Source: Lama glama
Taxonomy: Eukaryota
DNA length: 64,000 bases
Direction of reading: 5' to 3'
Assembly: GCA_028534125.1 (NCBI GenBank)
Contig: CM052816.1
Span: 51,400,001 to 51,464,000 of the forward strand
This document shows, in pieces, positions 49,551-61,010 of this stretch. Each line of letters starts with the position of its first letter. Position 1 is the first letter of the stretch. Both the position numbers and the translations under genes were made by a program. Under the pieces are notes generated by a model, which was given only the letters and a program-made list of their open reading frames with translations, ran no database searches and was not told the DNA's origin.

Positions 49551-51571
49551 AAGTGAGTTCATTAGTATAAACTACAAGCATATTCCTTTTTATTTAGATG
49601 TCTTCTCCACTTCCAACGATGAAAGAAATGATTTGAAATACACAGAGCCTACACATGCTTAATTCTTTTCTTCATTAGTATGTACAGCATACACCCAGAA
49701 AAACATCCTCCTAGAGGGTAACACTCAAGTGCCCCAGTTCCATTATCTTCCAATATTGTCTTTTCATGTTAAGTAGAGGGAGCAGTGTTAGTACTCAAGT
49801 TGCTTCCTTGTTTTAGTCATCCCACTCATATTTGGTAAAAACTAATTTGTTTTTGCTTGTCTTATTTATCTTTTCACATTTAAAATGTTTTATTTTCAGT
49901 ATAAGCACTGTCTTTTTAAAATGTAGATCTTTGAAAGAGTAGACAAATATGTATATAAAAATCATACTATGAACCAGCTGTATCCACATAAAATTGTTTC
50001 CCACTGCTAGTGAAGGATATCTATCAATGGTATGGTTACAGGTTTAGGGAAACAAACATCCCAGGCAATGCATGTACCAGCCAGTCAATGCCATTGCAGA
50101 TAGCATTATGTTGGCAAAAACAGCCCTTCTGTTACCAGATGATAATGAAGTGGTTACTTTTTGAAGTGGGCATCAGGGATGAACAAAAGAGTCTAGAAGA
50201 TTTCATATGACAGGTTACAGTTCTACACTTAGTTCCTTCAAATAGTGGTAAAAATTTTGATGAAGAATGAAGGCCATGCTAATCACAGTTCAACAATTAT
50301 AGTAGTGCCATTGCTATATACCAGGGAAACTGGTTTCCATTTCATAACCAATAATGACGTTCACATTCTATTGTAAATTGTTCATTCATTCTAGTGTTTC
50401 TTAAGCATCTACTATGTATGAAACTTTGTGTTAGGGACTATTTTGTTAAGGATCTTATGATCCAGTGGAAGAGCACATGCACTTTCTTATAACAAAGAGA
50501 TCATTACAAAGTCAAATTCTATTATAACAGAATTGAAGTAACATCCAGATTATTTTATTTCACTCAAATTTTATGACATTGAATATGCTTGAATGAGTTA
50601 GTTACTGGCTAAGGCTGAGAAATTTTTTTATAATAGTGAAGTTTTCACTATGATGGTATTTATTGTAAGGGGATCTGAACTGTAATATAATACAATTACA
50701 ATCGTAAATATAATTACGAGTGTATAAGTGCTGAGGGAATACAGTAGAGGAGATTAATTAGAGACAGGTGGTTCTAGGACTCCTCTAAGGGCTTATGATT
50801 GATTCAGGGGGAGAGTCTAGTCCTCTCTAGACCTCTCTTTGCTCCTAAGGGACTCTTCTACACCGAGAGCTTATGACACAGAAGATAAGGGTCTTTGCAT
50901 CTGCACCCAAATCAGAAAGATCTTTTGTCTCCAGCTTTTAAGAGTCTCACCTTTTTCCTTTAAAATAACGTTACTAGAAAATACTCTGTTATCCATTAAA
51001 GAACTTACCTTTGAGACCTGTGTGATGGAAGTTTCCCCCATTGTTGAAAAACAGCTTTTTAAAATGAAGTGACATGCAGACAACTGGGGTCAAACCCTCA
51101 AACTCTGTTGAGGAGGAGTGTGCTTAATGATGGACCCTGTAAGTTATGAAACATTAATGGGGTCTAATATGACTGACCCTCACTAGGGCACCATAGCCAC
51201 TCTCATTTGGTCAGTCATGCATGAGGTCTTATCTCCATTAGAGCAGAACGTAACCACTCCACATCTCCTTGTCTTCCCATACACCTACATATTTCACAGC
51301 CTTGCATATTTGATAAGAGACTTTTCTAACGTTGATCAATGGGTGAACTTATGGGTGTAAGTTTTTTTTGCAGTCATTTGGATGGATATAAACATTTTGA
51401 CCATCATTGACACTAAAGATAATTTAACAACTAACTCAGGGAAATAAAGATAGCACTATGTTTTGCTGGGTACTCTTAGCACTCTAAGCTTCAGGGAGCA
51501 GCAGTTAGAAGTCCCTGCATGACCTTATCCAGACTGTCCTTGGTCTTGGTGTTATTTTATTTTATTTTTCT

Positions 51572-51669
51572 ATATATGCCTATAACTGAATCAACATGCT
51601 GCACACCATAGACCAACACAACATTGCAAATCAACTATACTTCAATAAAAATAAATAAACTAATAAAAA
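51572..51669 (+). mobile_element. Short L1 3'-terminal fragment with A-rich tail
   Basis: tataactgaatcaacatgctgcacacca...aacacaacattgcaaatcaactatacttcaataaaaataaataaa. Confidence 0.8.
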
Positions 51670-54359
51670 TGTACTCCCTCTATCTTACCTATTAAAGTTT
51701 ATGTATGAAATAACTTGATTTCACATAGACATTTATGCGGTCTAGGGGTTATTTTAATGTATCAATACACATTTAATTGCCATGAATAAGCAGCTGAAAC
51801 AAAACTAGTCCACGTCCAAGTTAAGCCAGAAAGGAGGATTTTGTGGAGCTTTAACTCCAAAAGTATTATAATTAGATGTATTGTGCTGGCCACCAAGTGT
51901 CAGGAATACTGAGTTCCCTTTAACATGTATGGAAAGACCCTTGCAGAAGAAGACTTTTTAAAGCATCTTAAGACTGTTTTCAAGCATCTGAGTGGGAAAT
52001 CATTTTCCAGGATGAAAAAAAAGAAACTTTTTTGAAAAGCAAACTTCCAGCCTGGGTTGACTTTACACCGGTACGAAATTCCAGTCTGTTGCCATATAGG
52101 GTTAGAAATCAGCAGTCAGGCAAAAAGTCAAGCTCCAAGAATTTGCATTGTTAAAGTGCCAGCAAGCAAGGTAGCTTGTTATATTTCTAAACTACTGGTA
52201 AGATGGGAGCAGGCTGAAGCAGGCAGCTAGGAAAACCGTAAGCAGGATGTAACAGAGCCCTGGGGTTAGAAAGAGGAGGTAAGGGTGAAGTGAGATCTAT
52301 GCATGGCTCAACAAAGTAGTTAATTGTCATCACGTGGTTCAAATATGTTTCCTTCTTAAACCTTCGCCCCAGACTGAGGTGGACAAGGAGCTTCTTTTAA
52401 GCTACAGATGACTGTTAACAACAAATAAGGAGAAGAAAAGAAAAAGAAAAAAAAATGAATGAAAGAAAAGGATTGTATTTGCATTATCAAAAGTGATCAA
52501 CACTCGATTCTTTAAAGCTGCCAGAAGAACATTTCACCATTATTTTCCAGTTCAGCTACCAGCAGAAACTCCCTATCCAAGGAGGCTCACAGCAGCAACA
52601 CAGACAACAGAAAAGGAAGCTGCTTGCTGTAGCCGGCACCTTCAGGACGACAGACATCTGACAGGGCATCTTGCCCAGAAGGTGTATGTGTGATTACACA
52701 AAACCTTCACTTGGTCATTTTTCAGGTGTTTTAATAATGCTGATGCAAAATAAGACTAAAATTACAGGTGCCAGTTCCCAGTGTAGAATGCTGATAAACA
52801 ACTTACCATTTTGCAGTGGCTGGTCACATCTGGAGCCTTTTGGGATGCAAAAGTACTGGAAGGATTATTGCAAAACTTAAAGACACTTTTGCTGCCATTA
52901 CTTTGTTTTTAACCTAAATTAGTGAGGGGTTTTAGGGGGTTCGAGGGGGGAGTGCTTTTTAGAAAGTCATAATGCTTATATCATAAACTTATTTAAACAC
53001 TAATCAGATAGCAAAATGAAAAAGGGGGTTAGCTTTAGAGTAGTTGCTTGAAAACTTTTCTAAATTGACCTTAAATAGACAGAGACTGGTATAAAACTAT
53101 GGACTGGTGGGTTATGATTTATTAATTTTGGTATGCTATCAAATTTCCCAGTTTAACCTTCTTAAACTTGATTTGTCATTGTTGATACCTCTCCTCTCAG
53201 AGTTGAATTAGCATATAATGTGCACAGTGCAAGAATAATAATATAAATAGAAGTGCTTTGTTCTTATTTTTTATGGAGTTACAGTTTTCCACAACCATAA
53301 AAGAACATTAACATAAGGATATAATTAGAGTATTAGAATATAGTTGATATTTTGACTCATTTTTAACAAAGCTCTTCTTTCAGAATATAAATAGTTTTCT
53401 CTATTTTCTATCCACTTTAAGGTTACTTGGGCCTGACACGAAGACTAGACATGACTGGAGAGAGTACCCCTTAGAAAAGTATTTGAGATTCTTGCCTGTT
53501 TTCCATCAGGTTGCTTGAGGAATAATTACTTGTGTATGAAGTTAGTAGTGCATGGTCCTCTTGCTCTCTTCTCGTGCCCCTCCTTTGAAAACATGCAATT
53601 TGAATCTTAGCCTGCAAACTGATCATAGTCACTGAGGTTTGGCTTCCAGGAGATTATTTGCTATATCCATCCCATAGGAAATCAGACATTTTAATGAACG
53701 CACATGGTTTTCTATAGCGTTACATGGACTGACTGGGCTGAAGATGTCTGAAATGATTTGGTTAGACTCATCCCCATCCTCTAGAACTCATTTCCTGCGA
53801 TAGCATGTAGTACATTTCTCACAGGATTTCCTTGTCAAGAACATTCCTCTTTTAAGCTAAATAATAGCTTATGGGCTTAATAGATTTTATTACTGGATAT
53901 TGAAGCAGTGTGCTTGGTATGTGAAGCTTTCTAGCTTTCTTCATGCAAATGAGCAGATATGCTTAACAAATCAGTCTTGAGTTTATACAATGAACAAAAC
54001 CACTCTGTCAGCTGGACCCTGTTAGTACATGTAGACACAAGCACACACTGGCTTGGACACGCATTAGCGTCACATGTTACCACACTGAAAAAGTAATTTG
54101 TTGGCCGAAATATGCATATGTGAATTAAATAAAGGGAGCCTCTTAATTTCAGTCCCTTCTGCCTAAAGCCTGATTTTATGCCCTATGTATTTCCTCTTTT
54201 TGGCAATAGTGTAAGAAACTTTCTGGTTGACTAGGTGAAGAAGTCAAAAGGAGCTTGTTTTTCTTCTAGTTTTCATGCCCGACTTATTAGTTTGGAGTTA
54301 TATTACATGGCTTGTTGTAAAAAAGATAGCACTTACATGGTGAGTGAGAGGAAGGAGCA

Positions 54360-54580
54360 GGTGAACATTTGCTGAGTAACTGATATGTGCCAGGTTCTTC
54401 CCATCAGTTATCTCATTTATTCCTTACAACAAACTGAAAGGGAAATGTTATAACTCAATGTATCAATGAGGAAACTGAGGCTAAGAGAGTTTCTATAGCT
54501 TGGCCAAGTTTACAGCTCATATTTAGAGAAGCCAGAACTTCCATCTGAGTCTAACTCTAAAGTGTATGTTATTTTTATTA
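54360..54580 (-). mobile_element. MIR SINE
   Basis: tatctcatttattccttacaac...atgaggaaactgaggctaagagag. Confidence 0.8.
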
Positions 54581-56715
54581 TACTGTGGTGCCTTCTATGG
54601 ATTCTGAGTCTTCATATAGGAAGGACTTGAGGGAGAGAATTCATTTGGAGGATTACACCTCATACTGTTTGAAGTACATCTTCAAATCTAATTAGTAAAT
54701 CTATGTGCTACAAATTGAACCTGTTCTTGAATCTTCTATGTGGCAGCCTGCATTTTACAGTTGGAAAAAGTATATCTGGAAAGAGGTTCGTCTTGGTAGC
54801 TGCGAAGGACAGTTGGAAACTTTTGCTTTGGGTACAATAAAATCTGCGGTATTCTTGATGGTGACCTTTTCAACTGCAGTATTAATGTCTTAGCCAAAGC
54901 TCTACTCCTTGCCAGGAAGAGAGAGCCACTGAAGGGGAGTTTATTGTGAGGTTAAAACGGGCCATCTTCTGGTCATCCTTGGGGAAAAAAAAAATCAATG
55001 TTCAGCCCATACACTGGTTAAGAATGAGACCTGGAACCAAGGAACTTCCTCTGTCTCCCCTGTCACTACATTATTTACTAATTTTGCTTCTCTATGTACA
55101 TCTACTCCATCTCCAGCATCCTCTGCCTACTTATCAGCATGCTTGTGGTTGAAAACAGCCACCACAGGTCCCAATTTCACATGATCACCAGATTGCCATC
55201 TAAGGACACCTTGAGTCTCTTTATTTCTGAGAGATACGATTCCTCACTGCCATTTGTGTCCTTGGTTGGGTCTCCACCTGTGTTATCAGGCAGGGAGGCA
55301 CAAACACGATTGCTATGCCTACCTCTTTCACAAGGGTTACCAGTGTAGGCAATTCCTAGAGAAAAGGGCTCTGAGTGAAGCAGATGTTCCAAATACATCT
55401 CCAACCATAAATTAAAAAGTCTGTGTATATGAATTTATAGTTTGGGAAATATTTTCATATAGTCTGCTTTAATCTGGAAATTATCTATCCCCACCTTGCA
55501 GTTTGAGCAACTGGCTGAATGATTTGGTGAGGGTCATCTGGCAAAGTAATGGAGCACCCAAGACTAGATACTAAAGCCCCTAGGTCTTTCCACCATATTA
55601 GTCTGCCTCTTTGTCCATGGAAATGGACATAGTTTATGGAGGAAAGTTGCTGTTGTGGTGGTTTTACATCTACAGTGTAATCCACCATTAGCATTCATGA
55701 ATGAATTTGCTAATTTGAAACCACAGTGGGTTTTAGCTTCCTTCCAATAATACCACATTTTTATGTTGTACCTAATGGTTAGTACTGCACTCCTCTGAAG
55801 GTTTGTAAATACATTTTCTTATATTGGTGTGGCACTAACTTATAGGGACTATGAATATCATGAAAAGAATAAGTTGAATAGATTGTTTTCAGCTGTTGAG
55901 TAAATGTAGTTCAATTTTGTACAAGTAATAGACTATGCCTTTAAAATGCCATGGGACAGTTTTGTGGAGCTGGAACATTTTGGTTAAGGGAGGCATAGGC
56001 TTCATAAAGGTGGGGTTATCCTTAAAATGCATGGAAAAATGAACCCTTAGTCTGGTCTACACCCAGGCAGATTTGTGCCAGTTTTTTTCAATGACTCCCG
56101 AACCTCAAACCAAAAATCAAGGGGAAAAATATTGAATAAAAATGCTTGGAGTTATCCTTTTTGCTCACAGATCGTGCAGTTTTCCTGTGCTAAATTCTGT
56201 TAATTTTTCCAAAATTCAAAGAAGTGATAACACTTTAAAGATGAAAGGAATTTATTCCTCTCCTTAAGAAAAGAAAAGTCTAGTATAGTGGACAAATTGA
56301 AATGCATCAAAATACAAAGTATTTCTTTATTTCATTCCTAATGGACATATCTCCTGACAGTGACCACCATGGCAAGAAATGAATGGCAATTTTTCATGCA
56401 AGAGCATTACAAATAAATTCCTGTAGTGCTTTAAGTGTCTGGAAAAGTCTCTAGAAATGGACCTTATATGGTTACACAGTTAACATTAAGATATCAAAGA
56501 ATTCAGCAAAACAGAAACTGTTTAAATATTAAACATCAAATCTTCCTTCTTTCAGAGGACTAATAACTTAGCAATAAAAATTGTCTTTGGATCTTGCCAT
56601 CACAAGGTCTCAGGCAGGCAGCGGATTTTTAATAAAAATTTACAAGCAGTTTCTATTTAAGCAAAATTAACAGCTAAGCAAAGAGGAATGAATTAGTAGC
56701 CTGCCCCAAACTCAC

Positions 56716-56878
56716 CTTGAACAGACAACAGTCCACCTCCTTTGCAGTACAAGCTCCTCCTCTGTGGAGCTGCCTGCAAACCGAAAGCGCCCAGGATCGA
56801 TGCTGTCAGGGAAATGCGTCTGCACAGAGGCAAGGCACTAATCAAGTTCTCCTGCAGCTGCTGACCTAGCCCGCAACA
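56716..56878 (-). other. Candidate spliced exon (163 nt)
   Basis: Minus strand gtttcttctttcAG|TGTTGC ... TTCAAG|GTGAGT; both sites near consensus, with local CpG retention in the exon. Confidence 0.55.
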
Positions 56879-57059
56879 CTGAAAGAAGAAACATGCAGCC
56901 ATGAAAGAGAAGCAGATGGTGGACAAGGGAAAAGTAGAAAGGGAAGCAATAAGGGTGGAATCCCTGAGCTTGAAAATAATGGGACACCCCAACAATAAAA
57001 ATCCCTTTGTCTGTAGTGATGAGGAAATATTTCATTAAGATGCTCTCAAAGAGACTCAC

Positions 57060-57152
57060 CCATATAGAGTGAGAGGCTAAGGGCAAGGTAACTCGCTGAG
57101 GCTGTTCCGGGGGAGGAACTAGAGCCCGAATATCAGTTCCCAAATGGCAGCC
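57060..57152 (-). other. Candidate exon (93 or 99 nt, or a first exon)
   Basis: Donor TGG|GTGAGT with a 181-nt intron to the 56878 acceptor. Upstream pyrimidine tract ctgtcttcctcctttggtccAG-taacAG offers two AGs 6 nt apart. Confidence 0.45.
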
Positions 57153-58069
57153 CTGTTACTGGACCAAAGGAGGAAGACAGAGCCCAGTCAAAAGTGACAG
57201 AGGAGTCATAACCTGGCAAGAGGTGAGAGCTGGTCAATACCACACATTTTTCCTGTATGCATGTTCCCTCCCAAAATATTGATTATGCTTGGTTCTCAAG
57301 AGAACACTCAGAGAGAAGGAACCATAATGTCATAGGATCTTGAAGCCAAAAATAACCTAAGGCTTTCTAGTCCAACGAGAGATGAGGAGTGGGAGATTCA
57401 GGAAGATCCAAGAGCTTCCCCAAAGTGGTCAAATACAAATTAGGGGCAGAGGACTAGGAATAACCAAAGTCAGTTTCTGCTAGATCTCAGGACAGTGCTT
57501 TTGGAGTTCCAGTAAATTTTCCACGCTTCTGAATCCCTATTAGCTATGGGCTCATGTTGGAACACCTCATTTCAGTGAGTAGGCTAAAGTCAAACACTAT
57601 GGGATAGGTAATAATAAAACTTGTTTTTATAAACAATAACTTCTGTGGGAAATATGACTTCTATCAACCTAGGAAATACATTTTGATTTTGTAAATAATG
57701 AGGCAGTTGTGCCTATTGGATGTCTGCGATCATTTTCCAGACATTGTCACTAACTGGGTTAGGTGTTATACAACATGGATTGACATTTCCACTGGTAAAT
57801 TTGTACAGTGAAAACAAAGATTTTAGAAAATCTAAGTAGCATTGTAGACAGTACCATTGTCTCCAAAGCACTCACTTTATTCCCCTCATTTATTTGATTA
57901 ATGCATACAAAAATTATAGCAGTTGTAAGAAATCAAGAGAGGAGTGATTTTGCTGGAGTAGTTTGCATGTTGAAAACTACTCTGGAGGTCTTCAGGCAAG
58001 TGTCTCATGTTCTCATCTCCTAAAGAATGAGTGGGTCGTTGTAGAAGCAACCATCTCTCTCTCTCTTTA

Positions 58070-58440
58070 TAAAACACATGTCAAAGGTTTCATTTAATTC
58101 ACTAATTAATAAAGGAACCACTAAGATGTTAATAGTGGACTCAAAGGAGAATTATCAATACCATACTTACATGGTCAAATAATGCATGTTGAAATGAGTT
58201 TTAAAATAAATGCAACTACAGGAAAAATGGAAACATATCCACAGGTAAATAATTGATTGCATTCCGCCAGATACAATTTGGGCTTTTATCATCAAGAATT
58301 ACATTTTTATCAATTTTCTACAAGTCACAGTTTACAGTAGCTCAAAGGCAATGAAAGGTGAGAGATCCTATAGAATCAGATACCCTAGAAGGATGTATTA
58401 GATGTATATGCCTTGTTTTCTACTGAAGACACCGAGTAAT
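58070..58440. mobile_element. Possible ERV1 (MER4-group) internal fragment
   Basis: ggtttcatttaattcactaattaataaaggaacc...tcaaaggagaatt resembles ERV1 internal consensus from memory; family uncertain. Confidence 0.3.
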
Positions 58441-58608
58441 CTTTTGGTCCATTAACATTCTTTCATGATTTTACCTACAATTCACATTTTACAGATCAAG
58501 AAACTCATTGTAGAGAGGTAATAGCCTAACCTGGATTCCTCTGTGCCAGAGCTTGAATGGGAACTAAGATTTGTCTAATTCCAGAGGCGCTTCTCTTAAA
58601 CGAAAGGG

Positions 58609-58785
58609 CAGTAGTTCTCAACTTGGGGTGATGGTGTGTCCCAGGGGCTACGTGGCAATGCCTGGAGCTATTTTTGGTAGTCACAATTTGGGAGTGCTTC
58701 TGGCTTCTAATGAATAGAGGCTAGGGATACTACTGAATATCATGCAGTGCACAGCACAGCCCTCCACAACAAAGAAAACATCTTG
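58609..58785 (+). mobile_element. MER20 hAT MITE
   Basis: cagtagttctcaacttggggtgat...tggcaatgcctggag...tagaggctagggatactact...cacagccctccacaacaaagaa. Confidence 0.85.
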
Positions 58786-59209
58786 AAAAGTATTGCTATT
58801 AAAAGGTGATATTTCCTTTGGACATTCATAGGTTATAAGTGACTAAGAACCTTCATGCCAAGGCCACTGTAAAAAGCAAAAAGCACACTTTTCAGAGGAC
58901 CATCTACTTAAGAATCTTCCACTAGTGTGTAAATCATTAAAGAATTGAAAGGGCTAAAAGCAACTGGTAAAATTCAGTGAGAACTTGTGGTAATCAGCAC
59001 AGTACAAACATTGACTAATAGCATCACAGTAGTATTTATTCAATTTCCCTATAGGCACTGCTTAGGGTGCAGAAGGTCATGTCAGGGAAGGTATCCAATT
59101 GGCAGCATTATTATGAAACTCACCTGCATTTGGAAATAAAGGTGAATGAGGAGTATATATTTCAGTATGAGATGCAGCATTAGTTAGACTCTGGCATATA
59201 CTTAAATTT

Positions 59210-59600
59210 TCTTTTAATATCTACTATGTGCTAGATGTAATGCTAGGTGCGAGGGATACATGAAGATAGAAGTTTATGAGCTAGTGGGGAAGATGAACAC
59301 GCACATAAAAGATTATAATGCAGCATGATCATTTCTGGAACCTAAGGGAAAGCAAGCTTAAGATTGCAAAGAGAAGTGAGGGAGGGCAATTGAGAGAATG
59401 CAGGCTGATCCTGGGGGGATGGACCAGGAGAACCAGAGTAGAGGGAGGGGGAATTCTGGGCAGATGGAATCGTACTGCTCAGAGGCATAGACATCAGAGA
59501 GGTTGGTGTGTCCTGAGAGCATAAGTGAAAGGGTGGGAAGGGCAGGTGATTCATGTAAGATGATAATGGGCAGGTAGCTAGGGGGTTGACAGGGAAGAGC
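59210..59600 (-). mobile_element. L2 LINE fragment
   Basis: atctactatgtgctag...tgctaggtgcgagggataca...ggaattctgggcagatggaa. Confidence 0.65.
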
Positions 59601-59604
59601 CTCC

Positions 59605-59736
59605 TAACTGGGTTGTTTCCAGTATTTTGGCTATGATGAATAAAGCTGCTATAAATATAGCAAAAGTCTTCTGTGGACACATTTTTAAAAAATTTCTCTT
59701 GGATAAACATTAGGAGAGGAATTGCTGGATCATAGA

Positions 59737-59786
<50 letters not shown>

Positions 59787-61010
59787 TTAACTTTATAAGA
59801 AGTAGCACAGTTTTTCAGAGGTTGTACTAGTCTATATTCTTACCAACAATTATGAGAATTCCTGCTACTCCACACCCTTACCTTACTAATATTGGATGTT
59901 GTTAATCTTTGAAATTTAAGTCATTTTAGTGAATACCTGGTGGTATATTAGTGATTTTAGTTGACATTTCCCTGATGATTAATGATGTCGAGCATATTTT
60001 AATGTATGTATTGGCTATCAATAAGTCATCCATTATGATGTTTCCAAGTCTTCTGCCCATTTTTAAAGTGTGTTTGTCTTTTTATTGTTATGTTACAGAT
60101 GTGCTTTATGTATTTTGAATATAAATGTCTTGCCAAATATATATGTCATAAATATTTTCTCCCACTCTGCAGACTGCCTATTTTCTCAATAGTGTCTTTT
60201 GATGAGCAGAGATTTTTTTGACTTTGATGAAGTCCAGTTTATCAATAATTCCCTTTTATGGTTAATGCTTTCTCTGTCCAGTCTAAGAAATGTTTGCCTA
60301 TCCTTCATCATGAAGATTTTCCTCTATGGTTCCTCTAAATGCTTTACCATTTTAGCTTTAGTATTCAAATCTATGTTGCATCTCAAATTAATTTTTGTGA
60401 ATGTTGTGAGATGGGTCAAGTTTCACTTTTTTGCCCATATGATTATCCAGTTGTCCTAGAACCATTTACTGAATAAAACCATCCTCTAACCCCACTAAAT
60501 TTCTTTGTCACCTTTGTTGAAAATCTTCTAACCCTATGAATGACGGTCTGTTTCCAGACCTCTCTATTGTATTCCATTTATTTATCTGCCTATCTTTTTG
60601 TCAATACTGCTTCATTTTAATTATTATAGCTTTATAATATGTTTTGAAATCCAGTAGATTAAGGATTAATTCTCCCAATTTTTTTTTTCCAAAATTACTT
60701 TTACTAGTCTAGGTCTTTTTTTTTTCCATATATATTTTTGGGATCAATTTCTACAAAAACATCTCTTGTGATTTTGATTTGGATAGAATTGAATTTATAG
60801 ATCATTTTGAAGAGAAATGACATTTTGACAATATTGAGTATATGAATCCATAAGCATGTTTATCTCTATTTAGGTGGTGTTTTGTTTTTTTTTTCATATC
60901 TCTCAACAATACTGTATATTTTTTCAGCACACAGGTCTTGTAACTTTTTAAATTAAATTATCCCTAAATATTTACAATGTTTTTGTATGTTATTATAAAT
61001 TTCATTTTTC
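59605..61010 (-). mobile_element. Old L1M (L1MD/ME-like) ORF2 3' portion
   Basis: gggttgtttccagtattttggctatgatgaataaagctgct...catttccctgatgattaatgatgtcgagcat...tttgatgaagtccagtttatcaat...attgaatttatagatc. Confidence 0.85.
59738..59785. repeat. (TA)24 microsatellite
   Basis: Perfect TA run. Confidence 0.95.

Noticed and set aside
52807..52913. 107-nt minus-strand exon candidate (ctaatttAG ... ATG|GTAAGT)
   Set aside because: Poor polypyrimidine tract and no other support; not listed as a feature, though not excluded.
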